From: Sedimentibacter sp.
GTDB taxonomy: Bacteria; Bacillota; Clostridia; Tissierellales; Sedimentibacteraceae
Direction: 5' to 3'
Assembly: GCA_032059885.1 (NCBI GenBank)
Contig: DAMBZP010000008.1
Location: 54,961-118,960 of the forward strand
Length of the DNA: 64,000 bases
Position numbers and translations under genes: made by a program. A model generated the notes under the pieces. That model made no database searches. It was not told where the DNA came from and saw only the letters and a list, made by a program, of their open reading frames with translations. Positions 53,763 through 63,342 of the stretch are shown in pieces (the first letter of the stretch is position 1; every line of letters begins with the position of its first letter).

Positions 53763-55148
53763 TTAGTCTTCCTTTCCTTTTTTACCTTTTCTTTTTACAA
53801 ATTCACCGTCTCCCTTGTCAGCCTTCAGTTTGCCGTCCTCAACAAGTATGCTGCCTCTTTGAACAACAGTTTCAACAGCATATCCTGACTCAAATCCCTC
53901 ATATACTGTATAATCTGATCTACTGTGCCTGTTTTTCTGCTCAATTATTTTATTTTCTTTTTTAACAATAATTATATCAGCGTCAGACCCTATTTGAATA
54001 GTACCCTTTTTAGGATACAGTCCAAAAACCTTAGAAGGATTTACAGACAATTTTTGAACCAGCCTGTTAATATCTATGCCTCTTTTTATTCCTTCAGTTA
54101 AAATAATCTCTATTCTTTCTTCAACTCCGGCTACTCCTCCGGGGGCAATTCTGAAATCATTTCTGCCATCCAGCTTCTGATTAAGGAAAAAGGGACAATG
54201 GTCTGTTGCAATTACATTAACCTCATCATCTTCAATTCCCTTCCATAAAGCTTCAACATCCTCGCTTCTTCTCAAAGGAGGTGCCATAATATATCTTAAA
54301 CCTTCATAATTTTCTTTTTTATAATATTCTTCAGTCAATGTTAAATATTGTGTACAAGTTTCGCAATATATGTTTCTTACTCCTCTTTTCCTTGCAGATA
54401 TTATTTCATTCAAGCCCTTTTTTGTGGATACATGAACAAAATAAAGATGAGGATATCCTGCAATTTCACTTAAGTATATCATCCTGTTTATGGCCTCTGC
54501 CTCTGTTGAATCCGGTCTTGTAACAGCATGATATATAGGTTCGGTCTTTCCGTTGTCTCCGTAATGTTTTCTTAAATATTGTATTGCACCGTTATTTTCC
54601 GCATGTACCGCAATAACAGCACCTGCTTCTTTTGCTTTTATCAATACACCTAATATTTCTTCATCATTTAACATGTTATCATATGTCATATAAACCTTGA
54701 AGCTTTGAATTCCTTCGTCAACCAACTCATTCATTTCATTTAAAATATTTTCATCAACATGCTGAATCACTCCGTGAAAGCTGTAATCAATAACAGCTTT
54801 TCCGTCAGCGAGTTCATGATATTCATTTATTTGATGGTGCAGGCCGCACCCTTCCGGTCCGAAAGCAATGTGATCTACAATTGTTGTGGTTCCTCCGCAG
54901 ACAGCTGCAACCGTTCCTGTATAGAAATCATCTATCGCTCTGTATTTACCTAAATCCAAATCCATATGTGTATGCACATCAACGCCCCCCGGAAGAACCA
55001 GCCTTCCGTCAGCATCAATTGCAGGATAATCTTTTCCGTTGCCTAATCTTTCACCTATTTCTTTTATCTTTCCGCCTTCAATCAATATATCGGCGTTGTA
55101 GCTTCCTTTTCCATCGTTTATTAATCCATTTTTTATTAATAAATTCAC
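53763..55148 (-). CDS. hyuA: D-hydantoinase/dihydropyrimidinase family amidohydrolase (HyuA-like)
   Basis: 461 aa. PGGVDVHTHM and VCGGTTTIVDH metal-binding motifs. Its position is as in the E. coli ygeZ/hyuA locus. Confidence 0.9.
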   Translation of the reverse strand: MNLLIKNGLINDGKGSYNADILIEGGKIKEIGERLGNGKDYPAIDADGRLVLPGGVDVHTHMDLDLGKYRAIDDFYTGTVAAVCGGTTTIVDHIAFGPEGCGLHHQINEYHELADGKAVIDYSFHGVIQHVDENILNEMNELVDEGIQSFKVYMTYDNMLNDEEILGVLIKAKEAGAVIAVHAENNGAIQYLRKHYGDNGKTEPIYHAVTRPDSTEAEAINRMIYLSEIAGYPHLYFVHVSTKKGLNEIISARKRGVRNIYCETCTQYLTLTEEYYKKENYEGLRYIMAPPLRRSEDVEALWKGIEDDEVNVIATDHCPFFLNQKLDGRNDFRIAPGGVAGVEERIEIILTEGIKRGIDINRLVQKLSVNPSKVFGLYPKKGTIQIGSDADIIIVKKENKIIEQKNRHSRSDYTVYEGFESGYAVETVVQRGSILVEDGKLKADKGDGEFVKRKGKKGKED

Positions 55149-55201
55149 AGCACCCTCCTTGATAAAATATAAATTTTACCAAATAAATAAAAAGAAGATA
55201 T

Positions 55202-55229
55202 GGTCAATCTTATATCCATAAGATTGACC
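55202..55229 (-). terminator. rho-independent terminator after the permease gene
   Basis: GGUCAAUCUUAU-GGAU-AUAAGAUUGACC, a perfect 12 bp stem followed by AUAUCUUCUUUUUAUUUAUUU on the minus strand. Confidence 0.8.
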
Positions 55230-55239
55230 TATATCCGAA

Positions 55240-56604
55240 TTAGTTTTTATCCATTGATTCTCGTTCTGCTTTTTCTTCCGCAATAGTTTTCTTCGGCAGA
55301 ATTATATTCAGCAAAAATACAACAACTGTTGCAAGTACAACCGGTGAGCTTGCAAATACCATTGTGAACCAGCTCGGCAGATATTGCAGTCCTTCCTTTG
55401 GTATCTGGGTAATTCCCATACCTAAAGCAATACCAAGACCTACAATAGTTGTATTTCTTACGGACATTTCATCCTGAACAATTAATCTCATACCCGTCAT
55501 GGTAATTTGTGCAAATACAGAAATAGTTGCACCTCCGATTACACATTGCGGAATGGTAGTCATAACAGCGCCAAATTTGGGTATGAAGCCTGCAATTAAT
55601 ACCAGCAGGGCAGTAACTCTGAATACTTTTAAGCTTACAACCTTTGTCATTGCAACTATACCTACGTTCTGACTGTAAGTTGCTGTAGGTAAAGCGCCGA
55701 TTAAGGAACCTATAACACTTACAATACCATTGGCCTTGATACCGCCGGAAAGTTCTTCATCTGTAGCTTCTCTGTCCATTCCTCCTACTGTTGTGCTTGA
55801 TAAATCCCCGACCGCCTGTACTGAATTTACAATAAACATAACAGCCATACTTATCACAGCCGCAATCGGAAACTCCATTTTATACGGCATTATAGCAGGA
55901 AAGTTGAACCAAGATGCAGTCTTTATTGAATCAAAACTGATAATATGTGCGAACAAACTCGCAACATAACCGACTGCAATTCCTATTAATATTGCAGCAA
56001 GCTTTACATATCCCTTGCCGAACATATTGCACAATAGAACCACAGCCAATGTCAGAATTGCAATTCCCCAATAAATAAGCCCGCCGTATCTGGGATCAGT
56101 TGACTGAAATCCTCCTGCCATATAATTAACAGCAACCCTGTAAAGAGACAGCCCTATAGTAAATACAACGGTTCCTGCCACCATTGGAGGAAAAAATTTT
56201 CTGATTTTTTTAATAAATATTCCAACGATAAATGCAGTTATACCGCCAACCAGCTGAGCACCTAGTATAGCACCTATGCCATATTCTCCCCCGATTGCCA
56301 AAATAGTTGGAATATACGCAAAACTTACACCTATTATAACAGGAAGCCTTGATCCGACACCAAATATAGGTGATGCCTGAAGAAATGTTCCTATTGCTGC
56401 AATGAACATACTTGCCTGAACAAGCTGAATCTGTTGATTCGGATTAAACCCTATTGCACCCGATAAGACTAATGCAGGCAGTATGTTCCCGACAATCATT
56501 GCAAGCAAGTGCTGTAATGACATGGGCATTACCGTACCTAGTCCAGGATTGCCTTCAAGGCTAAAGAGCGAGCTGCTTGCAGTTGTAGTATTTTTGTTCT
56601 TCAT
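55240..56604 (-). CDS. nucleobase:cation symporter-2 (xanthine/uracil/urate permease) family transporter
   Basis: 454 aa, about 12-14 TM helices. NCS2 signature-like ATYSQNVGIVAMTKV. Confidence 0.9.
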   Translation of the reverse strand: MKNKNTTTASSSLFSLEGNPGLGTVMPMSLQHLLAMIVGNILPALVLSGAIGFNPNQQIQLVQASMFIAAIGTFLQASPIFGVGSRLPVIIGVSFAYIPTILAIGGEYGIGAILGAQLVGGITAFIVGIFIKKIRKFFPPMVAGTVVFTIGLSLYRVAVNYMAGGFQSTDPRYGGLIYWGIAILTLAVVLLCNMFGKGYVKLAAILIGIAVGYVASLFAHIISFDSIKTASWFNFPAIMPYKMEFPIAAVISMAVMFIVNSVQAVGDLSSTTVGGMDREATDEELSGGIKANGIVSVIGSLIGALPTATYSQNVGIVAMTKVVSLKVFRVTALLVLIAGFIPKFGAVMTTIPQCVIGGATISVFAQITMTGMRLIVQDEMSVRNTTIVGLGIALGMGITQIPKEGLQYLPSWFTMVFASSPVVLATVVVFLLNIILPKKTIAEEKAERESMDKN

Positions 56605-56723
56605 AATTGTTTCTCCTTCATTTTAGATTGACATGTACGCTTTCAAACAATAAAAAGTATACGGCCGCATATCAGACCTCATACATGTATAAATTATCCT
56701 TAAAAGAATAACTGATATGCTTT

Positions 56724-58046
56724 CTACATTGACGGCCAGATTTCTCCTGCCCTTTCTCTCGATCTGCACATTATTTCTCTTGTGTCTGCTGTCAGTATTT
56801 CCCTGTCTTTCATAATAAATTTTCCATTTATAACTGTATCATTCACCAGCCTGCCGGTCATTCCAAACAGTGCATGGCCAAACCAGTTATTTTCATTCAT
56901 GGGTGTCATAGGGTCATAATCAAGTGTTATAATATCAGCATAAGCACCCTTTGCCAATATTCCTACGTCTTTCTTAAAATACTTCCCAAGTATCTTTGGA
57001 TTATTCTCAAACTGCATCCTTTTAGTTTCCATAAATCCTGCGGTTGGGTCGCATAAATGATGGCTCTGCAGAATATTAGCTACCTTCATTGACTCAAACA
57101 TATCGTTTGTGTATGCATCTGTTCCGAGACCTACTCTCAAGCCTTGTTTAAGCATTGATACTACCGGAGGACACCCTACTGCGTTATTCATATTTGATTC
57201 AGGGTTATGGACAACGCTTGTATCTGTATCCTTTAAAATTTCTATTTCCCTCTGGTTTGTGTGAACACCATGAACTGCAATGGTATGCTCCCCTAATATA
57301 CCAAAATCATGCAGTCTTTCAACAACTCTTCTTCCATATTTCTTTAATGAATCATACTGATCCTCTATACCTTCTGCCACATGGATGTGATATCCGTCAT
57401 ACAAGCCTTCCATGGCCTCTTTTACTTTGTACATGGTTTCGTTCGACAATGTAAAGGACGCATGAAGCCCAAACAAGGCCTTTATCATGTCATCGTCGTT
57501 TTTCTGGCAATGACTTATGAAGCTGATATTTTCCTCTATTTCTTTAGCAGCGGCATCTTTTCCGTCTCTGTCAGATACTTCATAGCACAGTGATGTTCTG
57601 ACACCCAGTTCCTTTGCTGCATCTGCTATGGCAAAAAGACTTCCTGTTGCGGAATTAGGTCCTGAATGATGATCTATCAAGGTTGTGACACCGTTTTGAA
57701 TTGATTCTATATAGGTAGTCAGTGCATTCAGCCTTACATCCTCCAAAGTAAGCTTTCTGTCAAGACTCCACCATAAATTTTCAAGCACTGTGAAGAAGTC
57801 TACCGTGGGCTTAGAAACAGACATACCTCTGGCATAAGCGCTGTATATATGGCTGTGGGCACATATCATGCCTGGCATTATTACTCTGCCTTTAACATCT
57901 GTCAATTTCTCATCAGGATATTTATTTTTTATATCTGCAAAGCTGCCTATATCTTCTATAACATTATCCTTAACGTAAATTGCTCCATTTTCAATAAAAG
58001 TGTTAAATGAATCATTAGTAATAATCTTACCGTTGCCTATAATCAT
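56724..58046 (-). CDS. ssnA: SsnA-family putative aminohydrolase (chlorohydrolase/deaminase superfamily)
   Basis: 440 aa. PGMICAHSHIY metal-binding HxH motif, later HVAE and GTDA motifs. The context is the same as E. coli ssnA. Confidence 0.85.
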   Translation of the reverse strand: MIIGNGKIITNDSFNTFIENGAIYVKDNVIEDIGSFADIKNKYPDEKLTDVKGRVIMPGMICAHSHIYSAYARGMSVSKPTVDFFTVLENLWWSLDRKLTLEDVRLNALTTYIESIQNGVTTLIDHHSGPNSATGSLFAIADAAKELGVRTSLCYEVSDRDGKDAAAKEIEENISFISHCQKNDDDMIKALFGLHASFTLSNETMYKVKEAMEGLYDGYHIHVAEGIEDQYDSLKKYGRRVVERLHDFGILGEHTIAVHGVHTNQREIEILKDTDTSVVHNPESNMNNAVGCPPVVSMLKQGLRVGLGTDAYTNDMFESMKVANILQSHHLCDPTAGFMETKRMQFENNPKILGKYFKKDVGILAKGAYADIITLDYDPMTPMNENNWFGHALFGMTGRLVNDTVINGKFIMKDREILTADTREIMCRSRERAGEIWPSM

Positions 58047-58059
58047 TATCTGCTCCTTT

Positions 58060-58992
58060 TTATGAATGTATCCAGGTTCCTGTTTTTCCTGCCAATCCGT
58101 CTGCTGCTTTTTCCAAGGAAGTAATCAACGCTTTTCTGCCCGGTTTTGAAGTGGCAAATGACATTGCAGCCTTAACCTTAGGAAGCATTGAACCCTCCGC
58201 AAATTCCTTGTCGGCAATGTATTTTTCAGCTTCTTCAATTGACAAATCTGATAACCATTTCTGGTCGGGCTTGCCAAATTTTATTGCAACCTTTTCAACT
58301 GCTGTAAGTACAACAAAGCTGTCAGCGTCAAGCTTTTCTGCCAGAAGTGAACTTGCAAAGTCTTTGTCTATAACCGCTCCTGCTCCTTTCAGATGATTCC
58401 CTTCTCTTATTACAGGAATTCCTCCTCCTCCGCATGCAATAACAATTTCACCGGCTTTTATTAATGCTTCAACTGTTTCAATCTCGACTATATCCTGTGG
58501 TTTTGGGGACGCAACCACTCTTCTGTAGCCTCTCCCTGAATCTTCAACTACAACCATGCCTCTCTCACGTGCAGCTTCAGCCTCCTGTTCTGTCATAAAC
58601 GGACCTATAGGTTTTGTAGGTCTTTCAAATGCGGGGTCTTTTTCGTCAACAATAACCTGTGTGATAATAGAAGTAACCGACTTTTTAATTCCTCTGTTCA
58701 GTAATTCTTCGCGAAGTGCATTCTGCAAATCATACCCGATATATGCCTGACTCATTGCAACACACATTGACAGAGGCATGAACGGAAACTTAGGATCTAC
58801 CTTTCCGTATTCCGTAAATGCATTGTTAATCATACCTACCTGAGGTCCGTTTCCATGAGCAACAATAACATCATATCCTGCTTCTATTAAATCGGCTATT
58901 GCCTTGGAAGTATATTTGACAGCCTCCATCTGTTCAGCCAGCGTATTGCCAAGAGCATTTCCGCCCAATGCTATAACTATTTTCTTGTTCAT
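58060..58992 (-). CDS. arcC: carbamate kinase
   Basis: 310 aa. KIVIALGGNALG, VVAHGNGPQVG and CGGGGIPV motifs. This is the YqeA position of the E. coli cluster. Confidence 0.93.
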   Translation of the reverse strand: MNKKIVIALGGNALGNTLAEQMEAVKYTSKAIADLIEAGYDVIVAHGNGPQVGMINNAFTEYGKVDPKFPFMPLSMCVAMSQAYIGYDLQNALREELLNRGIKKSVTSIITQVIVDEKDPAFERPTKPIGPFMTEQEAEAARERGMVVVEDSGRGYRRVVASPKPQDIVEIETVEALIKAGEIVIACGGGGIPVIREGNHLKGAGAVIDKDFASSLLAEKLDADSFVVLTAVEKVAIKFGKPDQKWLSDLSIEEAEKYIADKEFAEGSMLPKVKAAMSFATSKPGRKALITSLEKAADGLAGKTGTWIHS

Positions 58993-60707
58993 TTTTCCTC
59001 CTGTTGGAATAAATACGGATATTCCCGTACTATGGTTTCAAGTATTTTTTCAATTGATTTTTTATTTTCACCTGATTCATTTAAATCATAGACATATTCA
59101 TTTTTGTCTTCATCTCGCAATCGGAATTTGTTTTCTTCCAGCTTCAGTATCCCGGCATTATGAGAATTTTCAAACTCTTCTCTGTCCGCAAACAGTGTTA
59201 CTTTTTTCAAATAAGGGCATCCGCCTCGCGTGCAGAAGGTGTGGCAATTATCACATTCATTGCATCTGTTTTCAATATGGACAATTTGATATGCGGAATC
59301 AAATCTATCATCATAGACCCTCATGTTTGCACGGTTCGGACATACGTCAACACATATTCCGCAGTTAACCTTGAAGCAGTCATATGTGGGAAGTGTGTCC
59401 TCCAGGTACCTTCCATCACCCTTGTTCTTATAATTTGTATCTTTTTTTGCGCTTTCTGCAAGCACTCTGACTGCATCTACATTAAGTTTGTGGAATTCAA
59501 TATTCTCTGCAGTAATTTTATCCATTATTGATTTGAGGTTTTTATATCCGCCCGGCTTTAATAAAAGGGTTGACACCGTAAGCGGAGCTATTCCTGTCTT
59601 GAGCACATCAGAAACATTGTTTTTGTCTATTCCTCCTGACAGCGATATATGGATATCTCCGTCAAGTGCCTCCGCAAACATTCTAGAAACACCCATAGCT
59701 ATAGGATACAGCGGTTTGCCTGACATATACATGCTTTCACCTGGAAGAATATTTCTCGAGTTATATACAGGAAGCGTATTTGTCAATTTTATTCCGACAA
59801 ACACCCCGTTTTCTTTTCCGAGTTTTTTCAATTCTTTTACTATATCAACAGCCATATCAAATTTTAAATCATGATTGAAATCTTCTTTTCTGATAACTAT
59901 GTCATTGTATCCTAAATTGTCTAAAATCTCTCTTACGTTTTCATATCCTAACAGTGTAGGATTGCACTTTATAAATGTGTTTATATTTTTATTTGTAATA
60001 AGATGTCTTGCTATATCAAGAATTTCTTCCGCTTTAGCTCCGTGCATAGTAGAAAGTGTCACCGTATTTGTAATTCGGGAAGAAATCTTATCTATGTCTT
60101 CAAGTTTAAAACGTTTAAACTTATTTATGTTATTCTTCAATACCTTAATGCACTCTTTAAATATGCATGTATCCTTTGTTTCTTTCAAGACGCCTATAAA
60201 ATCAGATATTTTCCTGGACTGTATTCCCTCAAGATTATAACCGACACTAATATTGAACACGAAATCCTTTACATCAGACAAGCCTAATTCTACAGCCATT
60301 ACCTGCAGCAATACCGACCCCTTAATATATTCATCTGCAGCTTCTTCTACGGTTAATTCCGTAGACCATTCGACATTGTATCCTGCATTTTTGACGTCAA
60401 TACACGGCTTTTCAATCATAGAACGCATTTTCTCGCCGTCAATAATTTGAACTGTCTTGAGCTCGAAAAATCTTGCTCCCGTCAGATACGCACTAAGCAG
60501 GTTCTGAGCCAGCTGAGTGTGCGGTCCTGCAGCAGGTCCCACGGGATATCTTAAATATTCGTTGTTGAAGCTCATTTTAAGATTATCGTTTACATTTACG
60601 AAAAAATCTTTTTTGTCAATTTCAAGAATTTTCCCTTTTGTATAGTAATCCTGCAAGCAGTCATCAATAAGATATTCAAATGGTAATGCTTTCATTAAAT
60701 CGCTCAT
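58989..60707 (-). CDS. ygfK: YgfK-like Fe-S oxidoreductase, N-terminal-half form (DHOD/DPD-like barrel plus 2x[4Fe-4S])
   Basis: PVGPAAGPHTQLAQNLLSAYLTGARFFELKTVQ matches the YgfK N-terminus as I recall it. Cys clusters CGICVDVCP and CNECDNCHTFC are present. ATG at 60707 (MSDLMKAL) follows a stem-loop and a GAAAGG RBS. The ORF-track start at 60761 would read through the hairpin. Confidence 0.7.
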   Translation of the reverse strand: MSDLMKALPFEYLIDDCLQDYYTKGKILEIDKKDFFVNVNDNLKMSFNNEYLRYPVGPAAGPHTQLAQNLLSAYLTGARFFELKTVQIIDGEKMRSMIEKPCIDVKNAGYNVEWSTELTVEEAADEYIKGSVLLQVMAVELGLSDVKDFVFNISVGYNLEGIQSRKISDFIGVLKETKDTCIFKECIKVLKNNINKFKRFKLEDIDKISSRITNTVTLSTMHGAKAEEILDIARHLITNKNINTFIKCNPTLLGYENVREILDNLGYNDIVIRKEDFNHDLKFDMAVDIVKELKKLGKENGVFVGIKLTNTLPVYNSRNILPGESMYMSGKPLYPIAMGVSRMFAEALDGDIHISLSGGIDKNNVSDVLKTGIAPLTVSTLLLKPGGYKNLKSIMDKITAENIEFHKLNVDAVRVLAESAKKDTNYKNKGDGRYLEDTLPTYDCFKVNCGICVDVCPNRANMRVYDDRFDSAYQIVHIENRCNECDNCHTFCTRGGCPYLKKVTLFADREEFENSHNAGILKLEENKFRLRDEDKNEYVYDLNESGENKKSIEKILETIVREYPYLFQQEEK

Positions 60708-60733
60708 ATTTCGCCTTTCTTTACAAACAGGAC

Positions 60734-60756
60734 CGGGGACGGAAAACCCGTCCCTG
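60734..60756 (-). terminator. GC-rich intercistronic stem-loop between ygeY and ygfK-like (possible attenuating terminator)
   Basis: Minus RNA reads GGGACGG-GUUUU-CCGUCCC followed by CGGUCCUGUUUGU. The U-tract is weak. Confidence 0.4.
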
Positions 60757-60771
60757 TCCAAATTTATTTAG

Positions 60772-62091
60772 TTATTTATTTTCAGTATATATTGTGGGAA
60801 GTGCTGCATAAACAGCAGCGCATTTTACCAGGTCGGCTTTCCATGTCTTTTCGTTTGGAGCGTGGGCCTGAGCCTCGGCGCCCGGTCCGAATCCAATTAC
60901 CGGAATACCGTTACGTCCCATAATGGAAACTCCGTTTGTTGAGAATGTCCATTTGTCTGTAAGAGGACGGGTTCTTCTCACTTCATCAGTTTCCCTGGAA
61001 CCGCTGCGTGTTGTTCCGTAAAGTCCCTTGTATGCTTCTTCCATTGCTTTTGTTACAACATGATCCTCAGGAATTACCCATGTCGGGAAGTAGCATTCAA
61101 TCGGATATACCAATCCTGTATAGCTTGGTCTGTCATAGTCATACATACTTACAGTTGCACTGTATTTCTTTACGGCAGGAAGCGCGCGGATTTCATCCAG
61201 GCAGCTTTCCCATGTTTCTCCGGCTGTCATACGGCGGTCAAGCGAAATTGAGCATGAGTCTGCAACCGCACATCGGCTTGGTGAAGTAAAGAATATCTGA
61301 GATGTGGTTACGGTGCCGCGTCCCAGAAACTGTGCTTCCTTGTACTGCGGATTGTATTTTTCATCCAGCATCTTGACAAGACCTTTTATTTCTCTGTTAT
61401 CTGCAGCGTTATTTTCATTAAGGTCACGAATATCCATCAATATTTCAGCCATTTTGTAAATTGCATTATCTCCTCTTTCCGGAGCTGAACCGTGGCATGA
61501 AACACCCTGAACATCAACACGTATTTCCATACGTCCTCTTTGCCCTCTATAAATTCCCCCATCTGTAGGCTCTGTGGAAACAACAAATTCAGGTCTTACC
61601 TTATCTTCTTTAATTATATATTGCCAGCATAATCCGTCACAATCTTCTTCCTGTACTGAGCCTACAACCAGCACTTTGTATTTATCATTTAAAAGCCCTA
61701 AATCTTTCATTACCTTTGCACCGTAAACTGAAGACACGATTCCGCCTAATTGGTCGGATGTACCACGTCCTCCTATTTCAGTTTCCGATTCAAAGCCTTC
61801 ATATGGGTCAAATGACCAGTTAGCTCTGTTCCCAATGCCAACCGTATCAATATGAGCATCAAAACCTATCAGGGTTTCTCCTGTTCCCATGTATCCCATA
61901 ACATTACCCTGGGGATCTATTTCAACCTTATCGAAGCCAACTGTTCTCATTTCTTCTGCTATACGGTCCACTACACCTTTTTCTTCAGAAGACTCGCCAG
62001 GTATACGAACTATATCTCTTAAGAATTTAGTCATTTCTTTTTCATAGCCTTGCGCCGCTTCTTTAATTTTATTAAAATCTAAATTTGCCAT
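60772..62091 (-). CDS. ygeY: YgeY-family M20 peptidase/deacylase (selenium-metabolism-linked hydrolase family)
   Basis: 439 aa. M20 metal ligand regions ([33 protein letters not shown]). Confidence 0.85.
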   Translation of the reverse strand: MANLDFNKIKEAAQGYEKEMTKFLRDIVRIPGESSEEKGVVDRIAEEMRTVGFDKVEIDPQGNVMGYMGTGETLIGFDAHIDTVGIGNRANWSFDPYEGFESETEIGGRGTSDQLGGIVSSVYGAKVMKDLGLLNDKYKVLVVGSVQEEDCDGLCWQYIIKEDKVRPEFVVSTEPTDGGIYRGQRGRMEIRVDVQGVSCHGSAPERGDNAIYKMAEILMDIRDLNENNAADNREIKGLVKMLDEKYNPQYKEAQFLGRGTVTTSQIFFTSPSRCAVADSCSISLDRRMTAGETWESCLDEIRALPAVKKYSATVSMYDYDRPSYTGLVYPIECYFPTWVIPEDHVVTKAMEEAYKGLYGTTRSGSRETDEVRRTRPLTDKWTFSTNGVSIMGRNGIPVIGFGPGAEAQAHAPNEKTWKADLVKCAAVYAALPTIYTENK

Positions 62092-62107
62092 TTACTTTTC
62101 CTCCAAG

Positions 62108-63304
62108 TTATCTTTCTAATCTTGCTTTGTTTCTGTCAACCATATTTTGTAATGTTTCTACCGGATTTTTAATTTTCTGTAAGAAAATCATTGATGCTAT
62201 AATATATGGTTTGTAGCTTGCTTCCTTGTAGAGAGGAATTCTGTATCTGTCAAATACTGAAGCATCAACCTCACCTGTCTTGCAGCTTACACCTGTAATG
62301 TCAGCAGGCAGGCAGTGCAGATACAAAGCTTTGCCATCCTTTGTGGTTTTCATTAATTCTTCTGTACAAGCCCAGTCTGTATGCTCTGCGTTTTGTTTCA
62401 GCAGTTCTTTTTCCAATGTTTTTATTTCATCAAATTTGCCTTCTCCGTAAAGGTTTGTTCTCTTTTCCATTGCGGCAAACGGAGCCCAGCTCTTTGGATA
62501 TACTATATCCGCATCCTTAAATGCCTCTGCCATGGAATTTGTTTTCGTAAATGATCCACCGTATTGTTCAGCATTCTTTCTTGCAACCTCTTCAACCTCA
62601 GGCATTACTTCATATCCCTCCGGATGAGCAAGAACAACATCCATTCCGAATCTTGTAAGCAGGCCTATTATTCCTTGAGGAACTGACAGTGGTTTCCCGT
62701 ATGATGGTGAATATGCCCAGGTCATAGCAATTTTTTTGCCTTTAAGATTTTCAATTCCGCCAAACTCATTAATTAGATGCAGCGTATCAGCCATTGTCTG
62801 AGTAGGATGGTCGATATCGCACTGCAGGTTGACAATTGTAGGTCTTTGTTCTAAAACACCGTCATTAAATCCTTCCTCAACATATTCGGCAACAGACTTC
62901 TGATAAGTGTGTCCCTTACCGATATACATATCATCACGTATACCTATAACATCAGCCATGAAGGAAATCATATTGGCTGTTTCTTTCACAGTTTCACCGT
63001 GAGCTATCTGTGATTTTTCTTCATCCAAATCCTGAACTTCCAATCCTAATAAATTGCAGGCAGAGGCAAATGAGAATCTTGTTCTTGTTGAGTTATCTCT
63101 GAATACTGAAATTCCCAATCCTGAATCAAATATTTTGGGGCTGATGTTATTTTCTCTTAAGTATCTGAGAGTTTCGGCTACTGTGAATATTGCTTCCAAT
63201 TCTTCCTGAGTTTTATCCCATGTCAGAAAAAAGTCATTGTGATAAAGATCCTTGTAGTCTAAATTTTTTAATTTTCCTAATAATTCATTAAAATTCTTGT
63301 TCAT
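62108..63304 (-). CDS. ygeW: YgeW-type carbamoyltransferase (ATCase/OTCase superfamily)
   Basis: 398 aa. FRDNSTRTRFSF carbamoyl-phosphate binding motif, HPTQ and HCLP motifs. Its length and context are typical of YgeW. Confidence 0.9.
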   Translation of the reverse strand: MNKNFNELLGKLKNLDYKDLYHNDFFLTWDKTQEELEAIFTVAETLRYLRENNISPKIFDSGLGISVFRDNSTRTRFSFASACNLLGLEVQDLDEEKSQIAHGETVKETANMISFMADVIGIRDDMYIGKGHTYQKSVAEYVEEGFNDGVLEQRPTIVNLQCDIDHPTQTMADTLHLINEFGGIENLKGKKIAMTWAYSPSYGKPLSVPQGIIGLLTRFGMDVVLAHPEGYEVMPEVEEVARKNAEQYGGSFTKTNSMAEAFKDADIVYPKSWAPFAAMEKRTNLYGEGKFDEIKTLEKELLKQNAEHTDWACTEELMKTTKDGKALYLHCLPADITGVSCKTGEVDASVFDRYRIPLYKEASYKPYIIASMIFLQKIKNPVETLQNMVDRNKARLER

Positions 63305-63342
63305 GTTTTCTCCTTGTTATTAATTTTTTATTTGAAGTTTCT

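Noticed and set aside
56605-56723. Possible purine or other riboswitch, or an operator, in the 120 nt gap upstream of the nucleobase permease. Features seen: a 9-bp inverted repeat GCATATCAG...CTGATATGC (56667-56675 / 56712-56720) and a nested 10-bp palindrome ATACATGTAT (56681-56690).
   Set aside because: The sequence does not fit the purine-riboswitch three-way junction consensus (no UAUAAU...CCGUAAAU-type core). The structure is more simply a long-loop hairpin after ssnA, or a regulator-binding palindrome. There is not enough evidence to call either.
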